The position numbers were made by a program, and so were the translations under genes. Source: Chloroflexia bacterium (GTDB taxonomy: Bacteria; Chloroflexota; Chloroflexia; Thermomicrobiales; UBA6265). From it: a DNA stretch of 64,000 bases. This document shows, one piece after another, positions 46,073-55,387 of the stretch. The number at the start of each line of letters is the position of its first letter. Within the stretch, counting starts at the first letter, position 1. The notes under the pieces are model-generated. The model worked only from the letters and a program-made list of their open reading frames with translations. It did no database searches and was not told where the DNA came from. The DNA is taken from positions 10,281 through 74,280 of the forward strand of contig JBHWTK010000062.1 of the NCBI GenBank assembly GCA_043427975.1. The letters are read 5' to 3'.

Positions 46073-47977
46073 ATGGCTGCTTCGATGAATCGTCGCCGCT
46101 TTATCGGTACCGCAGGTGCCGGTTTTGCAGCTGCCATGCTTACCGGCGGTGTACTGCCGGGTGGGCTTGGCAAGGTTGTAATGGCGCAGGATGGTGGGAA
46201 AGAGTTCCACGGCGCCTATCCGTACACCGATCCCGGTGCGGGCGGTCACTTCAACTACTTCGTGACCAACGCAATCCTTCCCCCTCCGGCCACCATCTAC
46301 GGTGAAATCATCAACGTGCCGCTGGGCATGTTCTTCTGGGAATCAAACACCTGGCTGCCCCTCGTGGCGGAAAGCTGGGAGTTTGTGAGCGGTGGCGGCA
46401 GCGGCACCCCGGCAGCTTCGGCCGAGGCCAGCATGACCGCATCGCCGGTGGCTGATGGCCAGGGCATTGCCCCGCTGGCCAGCGCTCCGCAGGATGCCGA
46501 TACGCTGGTGGTTCACCTGCGCCAGGGCCTCACCTGGAGCGACGGCAGCCCGATCACCGCGCAGGACTGCGTTGACACCATGTGGTGCTACCGCATCATG
46601 AGCAACACCGTGTGGCAGTATGTTGATGATGCCCAGGTGGTGGATGACCACACCTTCAGCGTGCACATGAGCGTTCCGTCCACCGTGGTTGAGCGCTACG
46701 TGATCCGCAACATGGTTCCGATGCCGAGCTCCACCTTCGGTGAGTGGGCGCAGCAGGCGCGCGATGTATTTGGCGCCGGCAAGACCATCGACGATCCCGA
46801 AGGCAAGCAGCTGCTGGATCAGTTCAACAACTTCCGCCCGGAAAGCCTCCCGGCCAATAGCGGCCCGTTCAGCATTGATGTTGACAGCATCACCAATGCC
46901 CAGATGACCCTGGCCAAGAACGACAACAGCTACTGGGCCGACCAGGTGCCGTTCGATCGAATCATCAACTTCAATGGTGAAACCGATACCATCACGGCTG
47001 TGGTGCTCAGCAAGGAAATCGATTACGCCACCCATGGCTTCTCGGTAGCCACCGAGAACCAGATGATCGATTCTGGCATCCGCGTGCTTCGTCCGCCCAC
47101 ATACTCGGGCCCGGGCCTGCTGTTCAACTACGGCAAGCTCACCGAGTTCCAGGATCCCAAGGCGCGCCAGGCGCTTGCCCATGCCATCAACCGCGGCCAG
47201 AACGGCACCATCGCCCTTGGCGATTCCGGTGTTCCGGCCCAGTACATGGCTGGCTTCGCCGATGCCCTCGTACCGCAGTGGCTGAGCGAAGAGGAAATGT
47301 CCTCGCTCAACTCCTACGAATTCGATGTTGAGAAGGCCGCCAGCATGCTCGAGGAGCTTGGCTGGACCAAGGACGGCGATCTCTGGCTGAAGCCGGACGG
47401 CTCCGAAGCCGCCTATGAGCTGAGCTTCCCCGCTGAGTTTGCCGACTGGAGCGCCGCCGGCCAGGACCTGGCCGAGCAGCTTACCGACTTCGGCTTCCTG
47501 ATCGACCCGCGCGCGATTACATTCACGCAGCAGCCGATCGATGTCGACCAGGGCAACTTCGACTTCGCGATCCGCGGTTGGGGTAACTCCACTAACCCGC
47601 ATCCGCACTTCTCCTACACCACCGCGTTCTTCACCCACAACACGTTGGCGGTGAACAACGGCGGTACCGGTACCCAGTTCCCGCTGCAGACAACCAGCGA
47701 GGTTGCGGGCGATGTGGACCTGGAGCAGATGGTGGTGGAGTCCGCCGAGGGCATGAGCCTCGACGAGCAGAAGTCCAAGGTCGCGATCATGGCGCAGGTC
47801 TACAACGAACTGCTGCCGGCGATTCCGCTCTGGGAGCGCTTCGGTAACAACTGCGCCCTTGAAGGCGTACGTGTGAAGGAATGGCCGGCGGATGACGATC
47901 CGCTGCTGAAGCAGAGCTTCTACGCCGATAACATTCCGGCCATGATGATGTTCCAGGGAATCATGGAAGCCGTCTAG
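46073..47977 (+). CDS. family 5 (peptide/nickel) ABC substrate-binding protein
   Basis: Tat signal MNRRRFIGTAGAGFAAAML. 634 aa, SBP_bac_5-like. Confidence 0.9.
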   Translation: MAASMNRRRFIGTAGAGFAAAMLTGGVLPGGLGKVVMAQDGGKEFHGAYPYTDPGAGGHFNYFVTNAILPPPATIYGEIINVPLGMFFWESNTWLPLVAESWEFVSGGGSGTPAASAEASMTASPVADGQGIAPLASAPQDADTLVVHLRQGLTWSDGSPITAQDCVDTMWCYRIMSNTVWQYVDDAQVVDDHTFSVHMSVPSTVVERYVIRNMVPMPSSTFGEWAQQARDVFGAGKTIDDPEGKQLLDQFNNFRPESLPANSGPFSIDVDSITNAQMTLAKNDNSYWADQVPFDRIINFNGETDTITAVVLSKEIDYATHGFSVATENQMIDSGIRVLRPPTYSGPGLLFNYGKLTEFQDPKARQALAHAINRGQNGTIALGDSGVPAQYMAGFADALVPQWLSEEEMSSLNSYEFDVEKAASMLEELGWTKDGDLWLKPDGSEAAYELSFPAEFADWSAAGQDLAEQLTDFGFLIDPRAITFTQQPIDVDQGNFDFAIRGWGNSTNPHPHFSYTTAFFTHNTLAVNNGGTGTQFPLQTTSEVAGDVDLEQMVVESAEGMSLDEQKSKVAIMAQVYNELLPAIPLWERFGNNCALEGVRVKEWPADDDPLLKQSFYADNIPAMMMFQGIMEAV

Positions 47978-48003
47978 GCTCCCTCCCGTAGCACATCTCG
48001 CAT

Positions 48004-48040
48004 GTGGCCCCCGGCAATCGCCGGGGGCCACTGCCGTTTT
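48004..48040 (+). terminator. rho-independent terminator
   Basis: GTGGCCCCCGG / CCGGGGGCCAC stem, followed by TGCCGTTTT. Confidence 0.8.
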
Positions 48041-48093
48041 CACCCAGCCTGCCGGATGGTATGTGTCTCCATGAACCGGCATGAACGCCTGGC

Positions 48094-48108
48094 TGTGCAA
48101 ATTGCACA
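48094..48108. promoter_or_regulatory. perfect 7-1-7 palindrome TGTGCAAATTGCACA upstream of glnA
   Basis: Read directly. Lies about 130 nt upstream of the glnA ATG. Confidence 0.35.
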
Positions 48109-48236
48109 AAGATTCGGCGGGAATCTCACCAGCATGCACATTGGAACAGCGGGCCCTGCATCACAAACTTGCACCTGTAACCGGTTATGTCCGGCTGGAG
48201 TTGGTAGCCCGGCAGTACAGAGGAGCAGGAGCAGCA

Positions 48237-49652
48237 ATGGTTCCCACAGCGATGTTTGAAGATGCGATTCCCGAGGTTTACGCCACCCGGATGCGCCTCC
48301 TGGGCCAGGAACCCTCGCCAGAGGAGATCTACGCCCAGATCAAGGAGGAGGGCGTCGAGTTCATTAACCTCCAGTTCACCGATGTCATGGGCATGGTGAA
48401 GAGCGTGACGATCCCGGCCAACGTGTTCCCCGATGTGGTTGAGCGCGGGCAGTGGATCGACGGGTCGTCGATTGCCGGGTTCACCCGCATTGCCGAATCC
48501 GACATGTTCCTCGTGCCGGATCTCTCCACCTTTGCGGTGATCCCGTGGGAACGGGGTGAGTTCCCCACCGCCCGCGTTATCTGCTGGGTGCACAATCCCA
48601 ACAACCAGCCCTTCCCGGGCGATCCGCGTGGGCTGCTACTGAACCAGATCGAGAAGCTGGCCGAGCTCGGCTACACCTTTAACGCCGGCCCGGAACTGGA
48701 ATTCTTCCTCTTCGAGCGCAGCAGCAATGGCAGCATTGCTCCATTGCCGCACGACCGGGGCAGTTACTTCGACCTCAGCACCGACCTCGCCAATGTCGTG
48801 CGCAAGGATATGGTGCGCGCGCTGATGGAGATGGGCATCGATGTGGAGGCCAGCCACCACGAGGTCGCAATTGGCCAGCACGAAATCGATTTCGAATACG
48901 GCCCGGCCATTCCGACCGCCGACCGCGCCGTTACCTTCAAGTACATCCTGAAGGCCATTGCCCAGAAGCACGGCTTGCATGCCACCTTTATGCCCAAGCC
49001 AATGGAGGGCATCAATGGCTCCGGTATGCATGTGCACCAGAGCTTCGGTTTCATCGATTCCGCGCAGGGCAAGAACGCCTTTGTGGATGAGAACGATCCA
49101 TACGGCCTCAGCAAGGTTGCCAAACATTTCATTGCGGGCCAGTTGAAGCATGCACGTGCCCTGAGCGCCGTGATTGCCCCGCTGGTCAACAGCTACCGCC
49201 GCCTGGTGCCGGGCTACGAGGCGCCGGTGTATGTTGCCTGGGCGCGGACCAACCGCTCCGCCCTCATTCGCGTCCCGGCCATTCGGCAGGGGAACGTGAA
49301 CGCGACCCGCGTGGAGCTGCGCTGCCCGGATCCGGCCTGCAACCCGTACCTGGCCTTCACCGCCATGCTGGCCGCCGGTATGGATGGTATTGCCAACGAG
49401 CTGCCGCTGGAGGATCCGGTGGAGGAGAACCTCTACCACTTCACCGATGAGGACCTGCGCCGTCGCAACATCCCTATGCTGCCCAGCACGCTCGGCGAGG
49501 CGATCGAGGAGTTCCGTAACGATGAGGTGCTCCGCGCCGCCCTTGGCGAACACACCAGCGAGCGCCTGATTGAGGGCCAAACCGCCGAGTGGGATGCCTT
49601 CCGTATTCACGTCACCCAGTGGGAGCGCGATCGCTACCTCGAGATGTATTAA
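48237..49652 (+). CDS. glnA: glutamine synthetase type I
   Basis: VEFINLQFTDVMGMVKSVTIP...GPELEFFLF...NGSGMHVHQS... ATG 48237 after GAGGAGCAGGAG. Confidence 0.95.
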   Translation: MVPTAMFEDAIPEVYATRMRLLGQEPSPEEIYAQIKEEGVEFINLQFTDVMGMVKSVTIPANVFPDVVERGQWIDGSSIAGFTRIAESDMFLVPDLSTFAVIPWERGEFPTARVICWVHNPNNQPFPGDPRGLLLNQIEKLAELGYTFNAGPELEFFLFERSSNGSIAPLPHDRGSYFDLSTDLANVVRKDMVRALMEMGIDVEASHHEVAIGQHEIDFEYGPAIPTADRAVTFKYILKAIAQKHGLHATFMPKPMEGINGSGMHVHQSFGFIDSAQGKNAFVDENDPYGLSKVAKHFIAGQLKHARALSAVIAPLVNSYRRLVPGYEAPVYVAWARTNRSALIRVPAIRQGNVNATRVELRCPDPACNPYLAFTAMLAAGMDGIANELPLEDPVEENLYHFTDEDLRRRNIPMLPSTLGEAIEEFRNDEVLRAALGEHTSERLIEGQTAEWDAFRIHVTQWERDRYLEMY

Positions 49653-49660
49653 TCCATCAC

Positions 49661-49692
49661 GGATACACGCAACGGGCCGGGAAGCATGCTTC
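49661..49692. terminator. bidirectional terminator hairpin
   Basis: 32-bp perfect palindrome AACGGGCCGGGAAGCATGCTTCCCGGCCCGTT followed by GTTTG. Confidence 0.75.
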
Positions 49693-49728
49693 CCGGCCCG
49701 TTGTTTGCGCCCGCGCAACCGTACCTGG

Positions 49729-50802
49729 CTAGTCTTCCAGCGTGAACAGCCAGGCGTCACTCCGCTGGGCCATCAGGATCCTGTCTCCCGCCCACTGGAC
49801 CTGGATATCGGCGGCTACGCCGGTGAGGTATCCGCAATCGCGCAGCGCGCCGTTGGTCCAGAGGAACAGCCGCATTTTCTCCCCATATTTCACCACTGCC
49901 GCCAGCGAAACTGCATACGGCCCGAAGCAGGGGAACCCTGCTACCACCGGCTGGTCCGTTGTTTCGAAGAGGTCGGCTACCGGTATCGCTGATGCAGGAT
50001 CGTCTACCGGCACCATAACCACGGTGGCCGCAGCCGCATCCCAGAGGAGCAGGTGCGTGTCGCTGGCATCGATCAGTATCGGGTCGCTAACTCCATCCAT
50101 CGGCACGGGAGTCGACTCGCCATCAGCACTGACGGTGATAATGTCGCTGGCGTTGCCGCTGCCCATCACACCCGTGACGAAGCTGCCATCGGTGCGGGAG
50201 AATATCGGGCTCGCTACGTATTCGTACGAGCCAGCGCCCTGAAGTTCCCTGGGGCTGGTTGTTCCGGTCTGAACGTCCAGGGTATGGAACCCGACGACCC
50301 GGTCGCCATCGGAATCTACGTAGTTCCGTGCGAACATCAGGGTGGTATCGTCCAGCCAGCATGGATACATATCGATCTGCACGTCTCCAGCGTCCAGCAG
50401 CGAGGGTGCTTCTTCCTCATCGCCCTCGGGTGTGGCATTGGTGATGGTTGCGGTAGCGACATCAGCAATGAAGATATCGGAATCGCGCCCCATTCTCCAT
50501 GCATCAAGCGAGAATGCCACGCGGGCGCTATCCGGGCTCCAGCGAACTGAAAGGCGATCGACAAGCCGCAACTCGTCCAGCGGGTCGCTTTCTGCACGTA
50601 CCTCAAGCGTTGCTGCATCGAGGAAAACAAGGTGGTCGCCAGACTCAATACCCACCAGCAGCGAAGCATCGGGCGAAATAGCGAGGATGCTGGTTCTGCC
50701 AACATCCAGCGGCTCAATATGATTATCAGGAATATCGAGCCGCGGCAATGGCGCGATTGGTGCGATTGCAGTAAGTGCCATGAGGGTGCGTCGTGAAAGC
50801 AT
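49729..50802 (-). CDS. secreted beta-propeller (TolB/PD40-like) protein
   Basis: Signal-like MLSRRTLMALTAIAPIAP. Contains WSPDSARVAF-type PD40 motifs. Confidence 0.7.
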   Translation of the reverse strand: MLSRRTLMALTAIAPIAPLPRLDIPDNHIEPLDVGRTSILAISPDASLLVGIESGDHLVFLDAATLEVRAESDPLDELRLVDRLSVRWSPDSARVAFSLDAWRMGRDSDIFIADVATATITNATPEGDEEEAPSLLDAGDVQIDMYPCWLDDTTLMFARNYVDSDGDRVVGFHTLDVQTGTTSPRELQGAGSYEYVASPIFSRTDGSFVTGVMGSGNASDIITVSADGESTPVPMDGVSDPILIDASDTHLLLWDAAAATVVMVPVDDPASAIPVADLFETTDQPVVAGFPCFGPYAVSLAAVVKYGEKMRLFLWTNGALRDCGYLTGVAADIQVQWAGDRILMAQRSDAWLFTLED

Positions 50803-50932
50803 ACGTTCTCCTGTGGTGGGTATCGTGCTTCTGCTGCTTCAACGCCCGGCCGGTGGGGAGGGTTCCATCGGCACGGTACACTAACGAGCGCGCCGGCACA
50901 CCAGCGACGAACGAAAAGGACCATTCTGCTCC

Positions 50933-51361
50933 ATGACCGAACCCCGACAACTCGCGCAACGCTTCCTCGATCATTTCAATGCCCGTGAGCGCGATCAATT
51001 GATAGATATCCTGGATCCCGAGGTGCGTTATAACAACCGCAAGGAAGATGGCCTTCACTTGCTGATGGAATGGATCGACCGTGCCCGCACCACCATGACC
51101 CCGCTGCGCTGGTTCGGCACAGACGACCTGACCGTCGTGGAGGTGGATGTGGTGTGGACCTCTGCCCACACCGGTACCACCACAGACCGGGCGGTATGGG
51201 CCCTGGCGTTTGGTTTTGCCAATGACAAGATCGCCAGCATCTCCCGGTACGCCGATATCGGCGAAGCGGTAACAAAGATGGGTCTTGTTGCCGAAGACGC
51301 CCTGCCCGAAGCCGGCTTCCCCATGCCGAAACCCAAACCGTCCCGTAAACGAAAATCGTAA
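50933..51361 (+). CDS. SnoaL/NTF2-like protein with a basic tail
   Basis: QRFLDHFNARERDQLIDILDPEV...; C-terminal PKPKPSRKRKS. Confidence 0.7.
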   Translation: MTEPRQLAQRFLDHFNARERDQLIDILDPEVRYNNRKEDGLHLLMEWIDRARTTMTPLRWFGTDDLTVVEVDVVWTSAHTGTTTDRAVWALAFGFANDKIASISRYADIGEAVTKMGLVAEDALPEAGFPMPKPKPSRKRKS

Positions 51362-51477
51362 CCCCCGCTGACAGCGCCGGAAATCGTGCCCGATATCGCT
51401 ACGTGGTGGTATCGGGCATCTTCCTGCGATCAGGAACTTGCGTGGATTAATCACCCTATTGGAGAAGGAGCAAGCGC

Positions 51478-52035
51478 TTGGCAGTGCAGATGACACCCAA
51501 TCAACAATCCTGGCAGTCGGACCTGGAGCAGCATGGGAAGGTAACCATCGCGTCCAGCTTTGGCGGCCTCTTCTGGCGGGTTGGGCTGGCTGTTGCCCTG
51601 GTTGCGGCCTTCATCTATTCCCGCTACGCCAGTGGAGATATCGGCCAACGAGGCCTCACCCTTGCCATCGCCGGGTTCGCCCTGCTCATCCTGGCCTGTA
51701 TTGTGTTTGTGCGCATGTCCTATGCTGGCAAATCGATTGAAGTAGACGCGCAGGGCATCACCATGATGGATGGCAAAACACACCCGTGGAGCGATATTAC
51801 CGGCGTCGAGGTGTATTCGGCGGTGAACTCGGGGCCAGTGGTATCGCTCACCCTCACGGAACCGGCATGGAACGCGTACATGGATAGCCAGCATGCTGCA
51901 GCGAAGGTGATGCACAAGGGCAACAAACTGGTTATGCGTGACCGTGCCCTGGTGTTGCCATCGTACCTCGCCGCCAATCCCGGTGAACTTGCCGGCTGGC
52001 TCAATTACGTTGCGCAGGGAAATCCCGACAGATAA
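51478..52035 (+). CDS. hypothetical membrane protein
   Basis: Two TM helices followed by a soluble domain. Start ambiguous (TTG 51478, GTG 51484 or ATG 51490). Confidence 0.6.
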   Translation: MAVQMTPNQQSWQSDLEQHGKVTIASSFGGLFWRVGLAVALVAAFIYSRYASGDIGQRGLTLAIAGFALLILACIVFVRMSYAGKSIEVDAQGITMMDGKTHPWSDITGVEVYSAVNSGPVVSLTLTEPAWNAYMDSQHAAAKVMHKGNKLVMRDRALVLPSYLAANPGELAGWLNYVAQGNPDR

Positions 52036-52081
52036 CCCGTTGTCTACCTGATAAACTGGGGCAATAGCGATGGAGAATCGT

Positions 52082-52426
52082 ATGCCCTTGCCGGTATTCC
52101 GAACAGGAAACGCGATGACGATGGTGCGCCTGGCGGCCATTGTGATCGCGTTTGTGCTTGGGCACGATGTAATGATGGCCATGCTGCCGCAGCACGCGGC
52201 GGCGGAATCGGCACATCATCACGTGATCGAAGTGGAACAGTGTGGCAGCACCGAAGGCATGGTGCATCCGCATTCCGGGCCACCGGTCGATCAATCCATT
52301 GCGAACCTCGTTCCGGCCGGCCTGGCGCAGTACCTCGATACCGGGGTATCCCGCATGCCGGAATCAGGGTATGTCTATCCCGACGCATCCGCCCGCAGGG
52401 CATGGTTGCAGGTCTTCCTGAATTGA
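52082..52426 (+). CDS. small His-containing membrane-anchored protein
   Basis: TM MVRLAAIVIAFVLGHDVMMAML, then AESAHHHVIEVEQCGSTEGMVHPH. Immediately upstream of a DUF305 gene. Confidence 0.5.
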   Translation: MPLPVFRTGNAMTMVRLAAIVIAFVLGHDVMMAMLPQHAAAESAHHHVIEVEQCGSTEGMVHPHSGPPVDQSIANLVPAGLAQYLDTGVSRMPESGYVYPDASARRAWLQVFLN

Positions 52427-52479
52427 TCCGTCGTCTCGCTCTGCGGTCGATTCGTTTCACATTCAGAAAGTAGATACCC

Positions 52480-53148
52480 ATGAACACGTATTCACGTCGA
52501 TCCCTGCTGGCGCTCGCTGGCGCTGCTGCTTTCGGTACCGTTTCCACCCATGCCGCCACGAATCGTATTGGCCTGGCCGGCAGGCCGCTGTACTCCTGCG
52601 GCGCTGTTATGGGCACGCCGGAAATCATCGATATCGATTCCGACATCCCGTTCGACAAGGCGTATATCGATACCACCATTCCCTATCACCAGAGCGCCCT
52701 CAAGCTTGTTGAACTCAACAAGGACGACCTTGAGGATGAGCGCCTCATCGAGATCGCCGATGCGATCCTCCAGAGCCACCCGGCGGATATCGAGGAACTA
52801 AAGTCGTACCGCGAGGAGTGGTTCGGTTCCGCCGAACCGGACGAGCCGACCAAGGAGATGATGATGCTCTCCATGGGCGGCGTGGAAAGCTGCTCCGACG
52901 AATCCCACATGAACTTCATGGACCTTGAGTGGGTCGAAAAAACATGGAAGGACAATGACGACCATCTCTTCGCGTTTGTGAGCATGATGGTTCTTGCCAT
53001 GGAAATGGAGCATCACCAGCACATGGTCGGCCTGCAAGTAGCCGAGCATGACGAGTTGAAGGACTTCTGCCAGCGCATGCACGAGGCCGCTGAGCCGCAG
53101 ATCAAAACGCTCAGGACGGTGCGTGGCGAACTGATCAACCGGTACTAA
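52480..53148 (+). CDS. DUF305 domain protein (secreted)
   Basis: Tat-like signal RRSLLALAGAAAF. DUF305 motifs FDKAYIDTTIPYHQSAL and MEHHQHMVGL. Confidence 0.85.
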   Translation: MNTYSRRSLLALAGAAAFGTVSTHAATNRIGLAGRPLYSCGAVMGTPEIIDIDSDIPFDKAYIDTTIPYHQSALKLVELNKDDLEDERLIEIADAILQSHPADIEELKSYREEWFGSAEPDEPTKEMMMLSMGGVESCSDESHMNFMDLEWVEKTWKDNDDHLFAFVSMMVLAMEMEHHQHMVGLQVAEHDELKDFCQRMHEAAEPQIKTLRTVRGELINRY

Positions 53149-53228
53149 CGATTATCGGTGTAGCCAGTGCAACGTAGTTGCCCGTACGATCGCCTGATCC
53201 ACACTGTTCCATGCGCGCGAGGTGGCCA

Positions 53229-53960
53229 ATGGCAAACACAAACATCTTCCTGATAGGTGGTGGATGGACGGCGGACGCATACCCGCGTAGCTATGGTCCA
53301 TTCGTGCAGGCCGCCTCCGGGCGCGGACGAACGCATATCGCCTGTGTTCTGCTCGACAACCCGGAGCGGGACGACCGCTTTGGCATGGTGCAATTCGCGT
53401 TCAATGCAGCGGGTACCACGGACGTGTACCCGGTCTTCGTATCGCCCGAACGGCCGCTGCAGCGTAGCGATGTCGAGGTCGCCACTGGCATTTTTGTCGC
53501 TGGCGGCCATACCCCCACCTACTACGACGCGATTGTCCCGTCGGCATCTGCGTGGATGCGGGAGCTTGTGGAACGCGGGATCCCGTATGCCGGGAACTCG
53601 GCCGGGGCGATGATTGCGGCGGATCGGGGCATCATCGGTGGTTGGAAGATGCCGTTGGCGGGCCGGTTGGTCGAGATTTGCTCAGAGGATGTCAGTGAGG
53701 GGGTCGAACAGCTCGATGTCCGGTCTGGCCTGGGCCTGGTGCCGTTCTCGGTGGATCCCCACGCGGCGCAGTTCGGCACGCCGACCCGGTTGCTCCACGC
53801 CATGGACGCCGGGCAGGTGGAGTCCGGGTGGGCGATCGACGAGGACACGGTGCTGATCGTGCGGGACGGTGACGTTTCGGTGACTGGCGATGGCGTTGCC
53901 TGGCATGTGCAGAAGGCAGGGGATGGTCTCATGGTCGAGATCCATCCCGGCCGGGATTGA
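53229..53960 (+). CDS. peptidase S51 / class I glutamine amidotransferase-like protein
   Basis: IFLIGGG..., IFVAGGHT, YAGNSAGAMIAA (G-x-S-A-G nucleophile elbow). Confidence 0.65.
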   Translation: MANTNIFLIGGGWTADAYPRSYGPFVQAASGRGRTHIACVLLDNPERDDRFGMVQFAFNAAGTTDVYPVFVSPERPLQRSDVEVATGIFVAGGHTPTYYDAIVPSASAWMRELVERGIPYAGNSAGAMIAADRGIIGGWKMPLAGRLVEICSEDVSEGVEQLDVRSGLGLVPFSVDPHAAQFGTPTRLLHAMDAGQVESGWAIDEDTVLIVRDGDVSVTGDGVAWHVQKAGDGLMVEIHPGRD

Positions 53961-54076
53961 CGATCGCACGTGCAACAAGAATCGGTAGTGTCGGCCCTTG
54001 TGGCCGACCTCGGAGGACGCTTCGCGGCGAGTCAATCAATCGTCACTCGCCCATTAATTCCTGAAAGGACAAGATA

Positions 54077-54841
54077 ATGACCACCCTTAATCGACGACAT
54101 CTCGTCGCTCTGCTTGGAACCGGCGCTGTTCTCCCTCTCGCCGCCAGGGCGCAGGATCACGGTATGCACCACGGCTCCACGCCCGAGGCGACGCCGGGCT
54201 GCCAGATGGTGAATGGCACGCCCCAGGTGGTGCCGTACGAATCCGATATCCCGTTCGACCAGGCCTATATCGATACGATGATTCCGCACCACGAGAGCGT
54301 GATCGACCTCGCCTCGGCGGCGCATGGTGTGCTGGAAGATGAGCGCCTGGTGACGATCGCGGAGTCGATCCTCGATGCCCAGCCAGCCGAAATTGAGGAA
54401 CTCAAGGACTTCCGCCTCGACTGGTACGGCAGTGCCGAGCCTGAGGAAATGACCGAAGAAATGATGATGGTCACCATGGGCGATACCGGGGCCATGGCCG
54501 CGTGTATGGATGACCATATGGGTTCCGGCATGATGGGCATGGACATGGATATGGACATGATGCATCAGATGGAAGCCATGGGCATGGACATGAACATGGC
54601 GGATATGGACATGGCCATGATGGATGGCGAAGCCCTCGTGGCGGAGTTCGAAAAGTCTCAGGACAAGGATTTGGGCTTCATCGACCTTGTGGTACCGCAC
54701 CACATGATGGCCGTGCACCAGAGCTGGGTGGGCCTGCAACTGGCCGAGCACGAAGAGTTGAAGCGACTCTGCCAGGACGTGATCGACGCCCAGAGTGCCG
54801 AAATCAGGGAGTTGCTGGAGATCCGCAAGGACATTGCATAG
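54077..54841 (+). CDS. DUF305 domain protein with a Met-rich insertion
   Basis: Tat signal NRRHLVALLGTGAV. FDQAYIDTMIPHHESVI and VVPHHMMAVHQ. 24 Met in 59 residues (aa 125-183). Confidence 0.85.
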   Translation: MTTLNRRHLVALLGTGAVLPLAARAQDHGMHHGSTPEATPGCQMVNGTPQVVPYESDIPFDQAYIDTMIPHHESVIDLASAAHGVLEDERLVTIAESILDAQPAEIEELKDFRLDWYGSAEPEEMTEEMMMVTMGDTGAMAACMDDHMGSGMMGMDMDMDMMHQMEAMGMDMNMADMDMAMMDGEALVAEFEKSQDKDLGFIDLVVPHHMMAVHQSWVGLQLAEHEELKRLCQDVIDAQSAEIRELLEIRKDIA

Positions 54842-54950
54842 TGTCGGTCATGTGGAGCCGAGCCTGCCGTACGTGAGTGCAGGATAGTGCTGCGTGCAAG
54901 AAGACCCGCACCCCGACGTCGAGGTGCGGGTCTATCTTTGGTTCTCGCCT

Positions 54951-55021
54951 GTAGTAGAAGCGGACCTGTGTGTCCGCCCTGAGGCCCCGGCCACATGGTG
55001 ACCCACAAGGGGTCACGCTAC
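54951..55021. repeat. REPIN-like doublet, copy A
   Basis: GTAG..GCGGACCTGTGTGTCCGCC..GTGACCCACAAGGGGTCACGCTAC. Confidence 0.8.
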
Positions 55022-55086
55022 GACATCAATGGACATCGTTGTAAAGAGTCTCCCATGAGCCGGTGCGGGGTGACGCCTACAACCGC

Positions 55087-55154
55087 GTAGAGGCGGACCT
55101 GTGTGTCCGCCCTGAGGCCCCGGTCACATGGTGACCCACAAGGGGTCACGCTAC
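55087..55154. repeat. REPIN-like doublet, copy B
   Basis: One mismatch to copy A over the shared ~60 nt. Confidence 0.8.
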
Positions 55155-55387
55155 CGTGTCGAAACGAATCAATGGCGGTTTTCCGCATGGGCCGTGACGA
55201 GGCGCACACGCAGGTGCGCCGCTACGGGGCTCCACCGTCCCAAACACCCGCTATGGAGCACCGAGTTGTGCATCCCAAATCGAGGCTGGCCCCGGTCGCC
55301 TTCGTTGCAACCATCAATTCAGGCACAGGGCCCGGCTCTACCGGAATCGTTCCGTTCACGGAACCCGGAAAGGAACCATGCTGCCGG

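Noticed and set aside
46343-48139. 598-aa minus-strand ORF; also 31839..33335 +, 48636..49760 -, 59324..60559 -, 61651..62835 + and 62853..63767 +
   Set aside because: All lie antisense to genes with strong family signatures (SBP, M20, glnA, accA, copB, ilvE). Their composition is typical of high-GC shadow frames.
48130-48150. Sigma-54 promoter (TGGAAC...CTGCA) upstream of glnA
   Set aside because: GG-to-GC spacing is about 15 nt instead of the required 12, so it is not a -24/-12 element.
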